A DNA stretch of 64,000 bases from Longimicrobiales bacterium (GTDB lineage: Bacteria; Gemmatimonadota; Gemmatimonadetes; Longimicrobiales; Gaopeijiaceae), in the NCBI GenBank assembly GCA_041690395.1, contig JAWLHJ010000007.1:96001-160000 (forward strand), given 5' to 3'. The translations under genes and the position numbers were made by a program. Positions 18,901 through 27,406 of the stretch are shown piece by piece (position 1 is the first letter of the stretch; each line of letters opens with the position of its first letter). The notes beneath the pieces were generated by a model. The model ran no database searches. It was not told the origin of the DNA and was given only the letters and a program-made list of their open reading frames with translations.

Positions 18901-21191
18901 CGAACTGGAGCACGCCTCAGAGTGTCACGTTGGCCGGTGTCGACGAGTTCGTGGTGGACGGTGACCAGAGCACGACGATCAGGGTCGAGGTGGACGACGG
19001 CGCGTCGGACGACGCGTGGGATGCCCTGGCGGACCAGACGGCGAGCGTGACGACGACCGACGACGACGTGGCGGGGTTCACGCTCGCGGCCACGGCCGGC
19101 TTGTCCGTGTCGGAAGACGGCTCGGTGACGGACGCATTCACGGTGGTGCTCGACGCTCAGCCGGTGCGCGACGTAGTGCTGACGGTCACCAGCGGCGATA
19201 CGGGCGAGGTGACCGCGACGTCGCCGCTGAGGTTCACGTCGGCGAACTGGAATGCACCTCAGGATGTCACGCTCACGGGTGTGGACGACTTCGAAGTCGA
19301 TGGTGATCAAGCCACAACGATCACAGTGTCGGTGGACGCCGGCGCCTCGGACGACGCGTGGGATGCCCTGGCGGACCAGACGGCGAGCGTGACGACGACG
19401 GACGACGATGTGGCGGGGTTCACGCTCGCGGAGACGGCTGGCCTCAGCGTGAGCGAGAGCGGAACGACGGACGCCTTCTCGGTCGTGCTCGACGCGGAGC
19501 CGGCGTCGAACGTGGTGTTCAACGTGACGAGTGCGGATACGGGAGAGGTCACGGTGGCGTCGCCGGTCACGTTCACGCCTGTGAACTGGAATGTCCCTCA
19601 GAGCGTCACCGTGTCGGGTGTCGACGACGCCGTGAACGATGGCGATCAGCAGACCACGGTCACAGTGTCTGTCGACGATGCGCAGTCCGACGACGACTTC
19701 GATGGGCTGGCCGATCAATCGGTGACTGTCACTACGGTGGACGACGACGGGGTCGGTATCACCGTGGACCCGGAGACCGTATCGGTGAGTGAATCGGGAT
19801 CGACCGCGACCTTCACCGTAGTGCTCAACTCAGAGCCCTCCGAAGGCGAGGTCGTCGTCGTCGACGTGGGATCCCTGGACACCGGAGAGGCCAATGCTTC
19901 GCCGGCGCAGCTCACGTTCACACGTGCGGGCGGCGCCGACCCGTGGAACGTGCCGCAGACGGTGACCGTCACGGGTGAGGACGATGACCTCGTCGATGGC
20001 GACCAGACGACGCGAGTCGTGGTGATCGTCGATGCGCCGGCCTCCGATCCGGACTACTTCGAGGAGAGCCGTTCCGTCACGGTGACGACGACGGACGATG
20101 ACGAAGCTTCTCTCGTCTTGTCGACGACGACGGTGACGGCCGTCGAGGGCGGAGCGACGGGGACTTTCACGGTGGCGTTGGGTGCTCAGCCGAGCGGTGC
20201 GGTGGAGTTCTCGGTGGTGAGTGCGGACGCGACGCAGGCGACGGTGAGCCCTGCTTCGCTGACGTTCGACGGGACGACGTGGGACGATCCGCAGACGGTG
20301 TCGGTGACCGCGGTGGACGACGATCTCGTGGACGGAGATGAGCCGGTGGACGTCACGCTGGACGTTACGTCTTCGGCGGACGCTGCGTTCGCGGATCTGA
20401 GCGCAGTCGTAGCAGCGACCGCCGAGGACAACGACGTGCCGGGGCTGGTGCTGGAGGGTGGTCCGGTGGCAGTAACGGAAGGCGGGGCGACGGACGAACT
20501 GACGGTGCGGTTGTCGTCGGAGCCGACGGCGGACGTGACGGTCGGGTTCGCCTTCGACGCGGCGGGTCAGGTCGCATTGAGCGATACGACGCTGACGTTC
20601 ACGTCCGCGAACTGGAACGTTGACCAGCCGGTGACGGTGAGCGCGGTGGACGACAGCGTCGCCGAGGGTGAGCAAGTGGTCGGGCTCACGCTGTCAGTGC
20701 AGACGGGGGACGCGACGTACCTTGCGGTACCGGATGAGCCGACATCGGTGACGGTGACCGACAACGACGTGCCGGGGCTGGTGCTGGAGGGTGGTCCGGT
20801 GGCAGTAACGGAAGGCGGGGCGACGGACGAACTGACGGTGCGGTTGTCGTCGGAGCCGACGGCGGACGTGACGGTCGGGTTCGCCTTCGACGCGGCGGGT
20901 CAGGTCGCGTTGAGCGATACGACGCTGACGTTCACGTCCGCGAACTGGAACGTTGACCAGCCGGTGACGGTGAGCGCGGTGGACGACGCTATCGCTGAGC
21001 CGGAGCAGGTCGTGGCCCTGACGCTGTCAGTGCAGACGGGAGACGCGACGTACCTGGCGGTGCCGGACGAAGTGACATCGGCGACGGTGACCGACAACGA
21101 CCCAGCGGGTCTGGTCCTCAGAGGTGGTCCCGCGACGGTCACCTCAGTCGACACCGACGTCGCCGAGGCCGCCCTCGCCCCCTCCCGCTAA
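15945..21191 (+). CDS. Giant repetitive surface lipoprotein/adhesin: Ig-like (Big_2) domain, BACON-like domain, 13 acidic beta-sandwich (Calx-beta-like) repeats
   Basis: Lipobox-like LIQAC; 13 copies of LTFTxxNWxxPQxVTVxGVDD; rich in D, T and V. Confidence 0.85.
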   Translation: MSARTRAMFRRMTGGFRRRFVVGLLASVLGALGLIQACTSENISGVVVGTVTVSPSSQSVVVGETADFDATVTDENGATLSGAAVSWSISSEDGDVATIDGNGRVTGLAIGVARVVATFQGSSDEATLTVQPPPVLSITPEVAAFYAGVGGPDPEPVVFTVGNAGSGTIEGLSAEIAYPEGEETDWLAVELSGSTTPADLDMVVSGAGLGSGRFSATVTLTTSDPDDPPFVVPVTFVRSSFTLTVPPEGLVVDEGGSTATFTVALDVAPESDVVLDVASADEEEQEVVVDPAQITFTPENWDVGQAVTVTGVDDAAEDGAQDVLVTVSVNTSASDPAYGPALDRSVTVTNQDDDAAGFTVVQTNGATIVDEAGLRDTLTVSLGTEPTAEVVISVSASDLSAAIVSPQTLTFTLANWDTPQRVVVQGVDDDAVDGPQESTVTFTVVDDESDAAYQGLPPQVIDVTTLDDDGAAIQVTESQGNTVVGESGSTDAFTVQLSGRPSADVVLSIGSADTGEATVNPTSLTFTPDDYDVAQPVTVSGVDDNLVDGDMVTDVTVVVVAASSAAEYAGAGPATIQVTTTDDDRAALIVTQTDGGAAVSEAGTSDTFTLALSARPLTDVVVTASSADEGEVTVAPAILTFTTDTWDAPQTLTVTGVDDDIIDGNQDVDVTLVVDAAQSDPIYETVDTTVVVTNADDDAPGFTITSGTTVSVSEAGGTAPVTVILNTEPASDVVLDFAIADATVATVEPTTLTFTAGNWDTPQSVTVTGVDDDIVDGAQVADLTVSVDAAASDDDYDGVADQTVSVTALDDDVAGFTLADAESLTVSEAGGTDAFTVVLDAQPLAAVVLTVSSGDATEVAVSPTTLTFTDANWSTPRTVTVTGVDDDVVDGAAITAVTVAVDPAQSDDAFDGVASQEASVTTTDNEVAGFTLADTAGLSVSESGTGTADFTVVLDAAPIAQVTFAITSEDTGEVTASPPTLTFTASNWSTPQSVTLAGVDEFVVDGDQSTTIRVEVDDGASDDAWDALADQTASVTTTDDDVAGFTLAATAGLSVSEDGSVTDAFTVVLDAQPVRDVVLTVTSGDTGEVTATSPLRFTSANWNAPQDVTLTGVDDFEVDGDQATTITVSVDAGASDDAWDALADQTASVTTTDDDVAGFTLAETAGLSVSESGTTDAFSVVLDAEPASNVVFNVTSADTGEVTVASPVTFTPVNWNVPQSVTVSGVDDAVNDGDQQTTVTVSVDDAQSDDDFDGLADQSVTVTTVDDDGVGITVDPETVSVSESGSTATFTVVLNSEPSEGEVVVVDVGSLDTGEANASPAQLTFTRAGGADPWNVPQTVTVTGEDDDLVDGDQTTRVVVIVDAPASDPDYFEESRSVTVTTTDDDEASLVLSTTTVTAVEGGATGTFTVALGAQPSGAVEFSVVSADATQATVSPASLTFDGTTWDDPQTVSVTAVDDDLVDGDEPVDVTLDVTSSADAAFADLSAVVAATAEDNDVPGLVLEGGPVAVTEGGATDELTVRLSSEPTADVTVGFAFDAAGQVALSDTTLTFTSANWNVDQPVTVSAVDDSVAEGEQVVGLTLSVQTGDATYLAVPDEPTSVTVTDNDVPGLVLEGGPVAVTEGGATDELTVRLSSEPTADVTVGFAFDAAGQVALSDTTLTFTSANWNVDQPVTVSAVDDAIAEPEQVVALTLSVQTGDATYLAVPDEVTSATVTDNDPAGLVLRGGPATVTSVDTDVAEAALAPSR
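18998..19430 (+). repeat. Near-identical ~90-bp direct repeat pair with a 342-bp period inside the giant gene
   Basis: gacgcgtgggatgccctggcggaccagacggcgagcgtgacgacgac starts at 19011 and at 19353. Confidence 0.85.
20427..21092 (+). repeat. Tandem 333-bp near-identical duplication (111 codons)
   Basis: gacaacgacgtgccggggctggtgctggagggt starts at 20427 and 20760; a third unit start (gacaacgac) at 21093. Confidence 0.92.
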
Positions 21192-21194
21192 CCC

Positions 21195-23192
21195 ATGCCC
21201 GACCACCCCCCCGGGCCGCCCCGTCCCCCCGACCGCCCCCTCGACAACGAGCCGCCGCCCCTCCTCACCTACGACGAATCGGCGCCCGAGGAGGAGCCGT
21301 TCTCGCCCGACGGGGGTCCCCAGCGACCGAGCGGCCGGCGCCGATGGGCACTCACGCTCATCCTGCTCGCGCTGCTGGCCGGAGGCGGATACGTTGCGTT
21401 CACGGTCGCCCGATCGGCGCCGGCCGACGCCTCCCTCGAGCTCACACCGCTTCCAGCCGTGGGGTCGACCGAGGCACTGACCAGCTCCACGTCGGCCCTC
21501 ATCCCGCTGACACCGACCGACACCGTCGTCCTGCCGGGCACGGAGGTCGAGCTCGCGGTCCGCGCTAGGGAAGGGGACTCGCCGGCCGCGGACATCCTCC
21601 TCCGCTTCGAAATCGAGATCGGATCGACGGGTCGGGAGGAAGAGGTCTGGACCGACGCGTCGGGCATCGGTCGCGTCACCGTGCAGATGCCCTCGCGCCC
21701 GGCTTCCGCGCTGGTGCGGGTTTCCTCCGGATCGCTGGAGGCCGCAGGTCCGACCTTCCGGATCGCGTCCCGCACGGGATCGCCGGCGACGTTGGACGCC
21801 ACGGCGGGAGACGATCAGGAGGGCGATGCGGGAACGCTTCTGCCCGAACGGCTGGAGGTCGAGGTGCGAGACGAGTCGGGCGTTCCGGTTCCCGGCGTCG
21901 AGCTCTTCTTCGAGGTGGCGACAGGAGACGGGCTCACGGCGCCATCCCGCGCGCGGACCGACACCCTCGGCCGCGCCTCGGCCATCTGGCGGCTGGGCTC
22001 GGGTCCCGGGCCGCAGACCCTCGTGGTCTCGGCCGACGAGCTCACCGAGTCGGTGATCTTCAACGCCACCGCGCGACCGAGCGATGACGTCGCGGTCAGC
22101 GGGGGCACCCCCGGCGAGGCCCCGGGCACAGCAGAGGCCACGCCCGGCGGCCCAGGCGGAACGCCCTCCGGCCCGGTCTCCGTGGTGCCTCGGGACCGCT
22201 CCATCGGAGGCGCGAGCGTGTGCGCCATCGTCAGCGGATCGGTGACCTGCCGTGGCGCGAACGATCGCGGCCAGCGCCTGGTCGGGGGGATCACGGGGGC
22301 GAGGGCGGTAGCGGCGGGCCTCTTCCACGGCTGCGCGCTCGACGCCGCGGGCGTGGCCCGGTGCTGGGGCGCCAATGAGTCCGGGCAGCTCGGTGACGGA
22401 TCCACCACCGACCGCGCCGCACCGGTCCCCGTGACGACAGACCTCCGGTTCAACTCGATTGCTGCCGGCCTCGCCCACACGTGCGCGATCGCGGCGGCCG
22501 GGCAGGCCGTATGCTGGGGCGCGAACCTCGGTGGGCAGCTCGGTGACGGCACCCGCAACGATCGCGCTTTACCCGATGCCGTCGCGGAGTCCTCCGACCT
22601 TTCACGCGTCGTGGCCGGCTGGAACCACACGTGCGGGATCACGAGCAACGGCGTGGCCTACTGCTGGGGGCTGAACCGTGACGGAGCGGTCGGTGATGGC
22701 ACCCGCCTCGACCGGCTCGCTCCGACCCGCGTGCTCGACGGCGTGACCGACCTGGCCGCGGGCAGTGCGCACACGTGCGCCGTGCGCCAGGGCGAGGCGC
22801 TCTGCTGGGGCTCCAACGCCGCCGGCCAGCTCGGCGACGGCACCACACAGGCGAAGCCGAGCCCGGCCCCCATCGGCGATCTTCCGGGAACGGTCACGGC
22901 GATCGCCGCTGGCGCGGCCCACACCTGCGCCCTCCTCGATGACGGGTCGGCATATTGCTGGGGCCAGAACCTCTACGGTCAGTTGGGCAACGGCAGCGCC
23001 GCGCCTTCGACCGCGCCCCGCGCCGTGGCCGGCGACCTGCGTTTCGCCCGCATCCACGCAGGCGGTGGGGTCACGTGCGGCATCACCGGCGACGGCGTCG
23101 AGTACTGCTGGGGCCTCAACCAGAGCGGTGAGCTGGGCGACGGCACACGCACCAACCGAGCCGTACCGACTCGCGTCGGCGGGGGCGGTTAA
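21195..23192 (+). CDS. Membrane-anchored protein with Ig-like domains and an RCC1/BLIP-II beta-propeller
   Basis: Pro-rich N-terminus, one TM helix, invasin-type Ig motifs (TDASGIG, TDTLGRASAIWRLG), about 7 CWGxNxxGQLGDG repeats. Confidence 0.88.
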   Translation: MPDHPPGPPRPPDRPLDNEPPPLLTYDESAPEEEPFSPDGGPQRPSGRRRWALTLILLALLAGGGYVAFTVARSAPADASLELTPLPAVGSTEALTSSTSALIPLTPTDTVVLPGTEVELAVRAREGDSPAADILLRFEIEIGSTGREEEVWTDASGIGRVTVQMPSRPASALVRVSSGSLEAAGPTFRIASRTGSPATLDATAGDDQEGDAGTLLPERLEVEVRDESGVPVPGVELFFEVATGDGLTAPSRARTDTLGRASAIWRLGSGPGPQTLVVSADELTESVIFNATARPSDDVAVSGGTPGEAPGTAEATPGGPGGTPSGPVSVVPRDRSIGGASVCAIVSGSVTCRGANDRGQRLVGGITGARAVAAGLFHGCALDAAGVARCWGANESGQLGDGSTTDRAAPVPVTTDLRFNSIAAGLAHTCAIAAAGQAVCWGANLGGQLGDGTRNDRALPDAVAESSDLSRVVAGWNHTCGITSNGVAYCWGLNRDGAVGDGTRLDRLAPTRVLDGVTDLAAGSAHTCAVRQGEALCWGSNAAGQLGDGTTQAKPSPAPIGDLPGTVTAIAAGAAHTCALLDDGSAYCWGQNLYGQLGNGSAAPSTAPRAVAGDLRFARIHAGGGVTCGITGDGVEYCWGLNQSGELGDGTRTNRAVPTRVGGGG

Positions 23193-23230
23193 GGCGCGCC
23201 ATCCAACCTGCGGGCCCGTGGCTCCGGGTC

Positions 23231-23671
23231 CTACCCGTGCCACTCCAGATGGCGCCTGTACTCCTCCAGGAACACGCGAATCAGGTCGTCCTGGTCGGCG
23301 CCCGTCACGTCGCGTTCGAGCGCGCGGTCTCGAAGATGCACCTCGGCGCGATAGGTCTTCCCCTCCGGATCGCGCAACGGCACGGCGGGGAAGGCGAACC
23401 CCTCGGTGCCGTAGGGCTTCACGCGCACCTCGAAGAAGAACTCCTCGCGGTCGTCGTGGAAGACCGTGACCGCGACGTATCGATCATCCTCGTCCACCTC
23501 GACGTGCCGGCCGTGCTCCTGAAGCTCGGCCGCGACCTCTTCGAGCGCCGGGATGACCACCCGGGCGAGGTAGTGCCGGATCCGCGGGGGCTCGCCGTCG
23601 CGCGGCCCGGCGCGCTCCGGTGCGTTCGACCGTCCGAGCAGCGCCCCCAGGTCTTCTTTCCAGTCACTCAT
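23231..23671 (-). CDS. Stand-alone protein resembling the BetT cytoplasmic C-terminal domain
   Basis: DWKEDL...PALEEVAAELQEHG...EEFFFEV...YRAEVHL...FLEEYRRHLEW aligns by eye with the BetT tail; SD GGAGGTGAT; ATGA overlap with the BCCT stop. Confidence 0.75.
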   Translation of the reverse strand: MSDWKEDLGALLGRSNAPERAGPRDGEPPRIRHYLARVVIPALEEVAAELQEHGRHVEVDEDDRYVAVTVFHDDREEFFFEVRVKPYGTEGFAFPAVPLRDPEGKTYRAEVHLRDRALERDVTGADQDDLIRVFLEEYRRHLEWHG

Positions 23672-25308
23672 CGATCACCTCCCGTGGGGGTTGCCGGTGC
23701 CTCGCCGGGCACCCGTTCGACCGCGGTGCGCTCGGTCTCTGCGCGTCCTCCGCCGTCCTGCGCGGCGGCCCCGGATCTTCCACCCTCCTTCTTCGCCGGG
23801 AACACCTTCCGCACGTGGGTCGGCGGAGCTCGCTCCGAACGGAGCGCCTTGAACAGTGCGAAGCACATCCCGAGAAGCACGACCGCGAACGGAAGTCCGG
23901 TCACGATCGCCGCCGTCTGCAGGGCGGCGAGCCCGCCGGTGATCAGCAGAACCGCAGCCACGGCGCCCTCGAGGAGCGCCCAGAACACCCGCTGGAACAC
24001 CGGAGGATCGGGGTCGCCTCCCGACGCCAGCATGTCGATGACGAGCGATCCGGAATCCGACGACGTGACGAAGAACGCGATGATCACGACCATGGCGAGG
24101 ACCGAGGTCACCGACGCCAGAGGAAGGCCCTGCAGGAGCGCGAAGAGCATCTCCTCGGTCGCGAGCCCGGTCAGCCCGCCGACGCCGAGCAGCTCGCGAC
24201 GCAGCGCGGTACTCCCGAACGTGGTCAGCCAGAACGTGGCGAAGGCGGCGGGCACGAGGAGCACGCCGGCCACGAACTCCCGGATGGTCCTGCCGCGTGA
24301 GATACGCGCTATGAACATGCCCACGAAGGGTGACCAGGCGATCCACCATCCCCAGTAGAACAGGGTCCAGTCGGCCTGCCATGCGCCGTCGCCCCACGTG
24401 TCGAGCCAGAACGTCGCCGATACCAGCGACGACAGGTAGTTGCCGGTGTTCTCGAGCCACGCCCCGAGCAGGAATACCGTGGGCCCCACCGTGAACACGA
24501 AAAGCACGAGCACCAGGGCCACGACGAGGTTGAAGTTCGACAGCCTCCGGATGCCGTTGTCGAGCCCGGCCACCACCGAGATGGTGGCGATCAGCGTGAT
24601 ACCCGCGATGAGCGCGACCTGGATGTTGGTGCCGATCCCGACATCGAAGAGGAAGTCGAGACCGGCGTTGACCTGCATGACACCGAGACCCAGCGAGGTG
24701 GCGACGCCGAAGAGCGTTCCGAAGATGGCCAGGACGTCGACCGTGTGGCCGATGGGCCCGTAGATGCGCTCGCCCAGCAGTGGATGGAATGCCGACCGAA
24801 TCGAGAGGGGCAGGCCCTTCCGGAACGAAGCGTACGCCAGCGCGAGCCCCACCACGATGTAGATCGCCCAGGCGTGGAATCCCCAGTGGAAGAAGGTGAG
24901 GCGCATGGCGTCGGCCGCCGCGGCCGCCGTGCCGGGCTCCGCGAAGGGAGGCGCCGCGAAGTGCGCGATCGGCTCGGCCACCGAGAAGAACACCAGCCCG
25001 ATGCCCATGCCGGCGCTGAAGAGCATCGCGAACCACGACAGGTACGAATAGTCGGGCTCCGAGTCGTCGGGCCCGAGCCGCACGCGGCCCGCCGGGCTGA
25101 ACAGCAGGTAGACGGCGAACGCGAGGAAGGCCGCGACCGACCCGATGTACAGCCAGCCGAACCTCTGCACGATCCCGGCCTGGATCGCGTCGAAGACGAT
25201 CGCCGTGCGCGCGGGAGCCAGGACGCCGAACGCGAGGAACACGGCGATGACCGCGATGGCCGGGAAGAACACCGGGGGGCTGAAGTCGAACTGCCGCTTC
25301 CAGTCCAT
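23668..25308 (-). CDS. BCCT family (betaine/choline/carnitine) transporter
   Basis: SWFAMLFSAGMGIGLVF, FFHWGFHAWAIY, WTLFYWGWWIAWSPFVGMFIARISRGRTIREF; AGGAG SD before ATG 25308. Confidence 0.95.
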   Translation of the reverse strand: MDWKRQFDFSPPVFFPAIAVIAVFLAFGVLAPARTAIVFDAIQAGIVQRFGWLYIGSVAAFLAFAVYLLFSPAGRVRLGPDDSEPDYSYLSWFAMLFSAGMGIGLVFFSVAEPIAHFAAPPFAEPGTAAAAADAMRLTFFHWGFHAWAIYIVVGLALAYASFRKGLPLSIRSAFHPLLGERIYGPIGHTVDVLAIFGTLFGVATSLGLGVMQVNAGLDFLFDVGIGTNIQVALIAGITLIATISVVAGLDNGIRRLSNFNLVVALVLVLFVFTVGPTVFLLGAWLENTGNYLSSLVSATFWLDTWGDGAWQADWTLFYWGWWIAWSPFVGMFIARISRGRTIREFVAGVLLVPAAFATFWLTTFGSTALRRELLGVGGLTGLATEEMLFALLQGLPLASVTSVLAMVVIIAFFVTSSDSGSLVIDMLASGGDPDPPVFQRVFWALLEGAVAAVLLITGGLAALQTAAIVTGLPFAVVLLGMCFALFKALRSERAPPTHVRKVFPAKKEGGRSGAAAQDGGGRAETERTAVERVPGEAPATPTGGDR

Positions 25309-25523
25309 ATGGGCTCCTGGAGTCGGAGGAGGGGGGCCACGGACGATATGGCGAGTGGTGCCTGGGCGCGAGCCGATCGTCGAACGACTCGCGGGCTCGC
25401 GTGTATCCGAGAACCAGCACCGACGCGCCTTGCCGCCTCCGCGCGGCGGGCGCACGTTGCATCCTTCCGGCCTGCGGGATTCCTTCCGCTCGGCCGCTCC
25501 AACCCATCATCAGGAGTCGCTAG

Positions 25524-26360
25524 ATGAAGGTCGCTGGTTCGTCGATGCTGGCCGCCCTCGTGGCCGCCGCGCTGATCCCGGGAGGGGTCCTCGCCCAATC
25601 ACCACCGAGCTCCGTGTTCATCGAAGCCCTTACCTGGGTCGAGATCCGCGACCGGATGGAGGAAGGCGCCACGAACGTCATCATCGCGACCGCGGGCACC
25701 GAGCAGAAAGGCCCGCACATGGTGATGGGCGAGCACAAGTACGTGCTCGAGTACACGACCGACAAGATCGCGCGGGCGCTCGGCAACACGCTCGTCTCGC
25801 CGATCATCACCTACGTGCCGGAAGGCGAGTGGGGCGAGGAGCCGACCGGGCACATGCGCATGCCGGGCACGATCACCATGCCCGAGGAGTGGTTCGTGGA
25901 GCTGCTGCTCCACACGGGGCGGAGCCACCAGGAAGCGGGCTTCCGGAACGTGATCTTCCTGGGCGACTCCGGCGGCAACTACTCCGGGATGGAGACGGCG
26001 GTCGAGACGCTGAACCAGGAATGGGCCGGCACCGGCGCCCGCGCGCACCTCATCGAGGACTACTACCGGAAGGGCGGGCAGGACGCTCGCGCCTTCATCA
26101 CCGGTGAGCTGGGGATCCCCGCCGAGGAGATCGGCGGACATGCGGGCATCAGCGACACGTCGCAGATGTGGTTCGTGAACGAGCAGCACATCCGTCAGGA
26201 TCTGCTCGCCGACCGGGGCGGCTTCGAAGGCTCCGGATCGAGCGGCAACCCGACCCTCGCGTCGCCCGAGATCGGCCGGCGCATCCTCGACATCAAGATC
26301 CAGAACGCGCTGGACGAGATCCGGGCCGCGCTCGGTGAGCAGCAGGAGGACGACCGATGA
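25524..26360 (+). CDS. Exported creatininase-family protein (variant active site)
   Basis: Signal peptide; LTWVE, GTEQKGPHM, GDSGGN, HAGISDTS, GNPTLASPEIG. Confidence 0.85.
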   Translation: MKVAGSSMLAALVAAALIPGGVLAQSPPSSVFIEALTWVEIRDRMEEGATNVIIATAGTEQKGPHMVMGEHKYVLEYTTDKIARALGNTLVSPIITYVPEGEWGEEPTGHMRMPGTITMPEEWFVELLLHTGRSHQEAGFRNVIFLGDSGGNYSGMETAVETLNQEWAGTGARAHLIEDYYRKGGQDARAFITGELGIPAEEIGGHAGISDTSQMWFVNEQHIRQDLLADRGGFEGSGSSGNPTLASPEIGRRILDIKIQNALDEIRAALGEQQEDDR

Positions 26361-27232
26361 GCCGCACGACGACACGAGTCCAGCGTGACGGGATGGGACG
26401 CGTCCTGCTGGCTGCGGGATGCCTCGCGACACTCGCGACGTTGGGCGCCCCGGCATCCCTCACTGCGCAGGCCCAGAGCCCCGGCGACCCGTTCATCGAG
26501 GAGATGACCTGGACGGAGATCCGCGACGCGATGGAGGCCGGCAAGCGGGTCGCCATCGTACCCACGGGTGGTACCGAGCAGAACGGCCCGCACATGGTCA
26601 TGGGGAAGCACAACTACATCATCACGCACGCGGCGGGACTGATGGCGCGTAGGCTGGGGAACGCCCTGGTCGCGCCCACGGTCGCCTGGGTGCCCCAGGG
26701 TGACTACGCCCGGGACGGCTGGGAGGACAAGCCGGGAGTCATCTCGCTCCCGTCGCCGAGCTACGACCGCCTGCTGGAGGCCGCGGCCCGGAGCCTCGAG
26801 TCGCACGGCTTCACGCACATCCTGTTCATCGGGGACAGCGGCGGGAACCAGAACGGCATGCAGGCCACAGCCGACCGGCTGAACGAGGAGTGGGCCGGCG
26901 GACCCACCAAGGTGTTCGCGCTCACCGACTACTACCGCATGGGGCAGCAGTATTCACGCGCCTGGCTCCAGGCCGCGTACGGCTACGATATGGAGGAGAT
27001 CGGGAGCCACGCCGGCATCACCGACACGTCGGCGGTCATGTACGTGTTCCCGGACGGCGTGCGCAACGACCTGCGCATGCCGCGCGGCGGCAGTCCGGAT
27101 GCGGGCGTGACTGGCGACCCGACGCTCGCGACACCCGAGATCGGCCGGATGGTCATCGAGTTCAAGGTGCTCGCGGGGCTCGAGCAGTACGCGGAGCTGA
27201 CCGCCGAGCCGAGGGGGCGGGGCGGGAGGTAG
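26357..27232 (+). CDS. Exported creatininase-family protein, paralog
   Basis: Signal peptide; MTWTE, GGTEQNGPHM, GDSGGN, HAGITDTS, GDPTLATPEIG; ATGA overlap. Confidence 0.85.
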   Translation: MSRTTTRVQRDGMGRVLLAAGCLATLATLGAPASLTAQAQSPGDPFIEEMTWTEIRDAMEAGKRVAIVPTGGTEQNGPHMVMGKHNYIITHAAGLMARRLGNALVAPTVAWVPQGDYARDGWEDKPGVISLPSPSYDRLLEAAARSLESHGFTHILFIGDSGGNQNGMQATADRLNEEWAGGPTKVFALTDYYRMGQQYSRAWLQAAYGYDMEEIGSHAGITDTSAVMYVFPDGVRNDLRMPRGGSPDAGVTGDPTLATPEIGRMVIEFKVLAGLEQYAELTAEPRGRGGR

Positions 27233-27303
27233 CCGACGGGCCCGAGCGCGGCGTGATGGCGGTGATGCGTCCACACTCGGCCTTGGCCTAGCTTGGCGTC
27301 AGG

Positions 27304-27332
27304 GGGCGAGGCCAGCCTCAGCGGCCTCGCCC
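27304..27332. terminator. GC-rich hairpin between convergent genes (possible terminator)
   Basis: gggcgaggcc-N9-ggcctcgccc, perfect 10-bp stem; no U-tract. Confidence 0.35.
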
Positions 27333-27406
27333 AGCCTTAGCCGTGGGGGCGGCACCACGACGTCGACATGCGCGGGGGTGGCGCGGGAGAGCGTGGGGGC
27401 CGTGCC

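Noticed and set aside
16700..21100. Regular repeats as a possible CRISPR array or DGR template/variable pair
   Set aside because: Repeats are in-frame protein domains of 333-342 bp with no spacers; no cas or reverse transcriptase gene in the window
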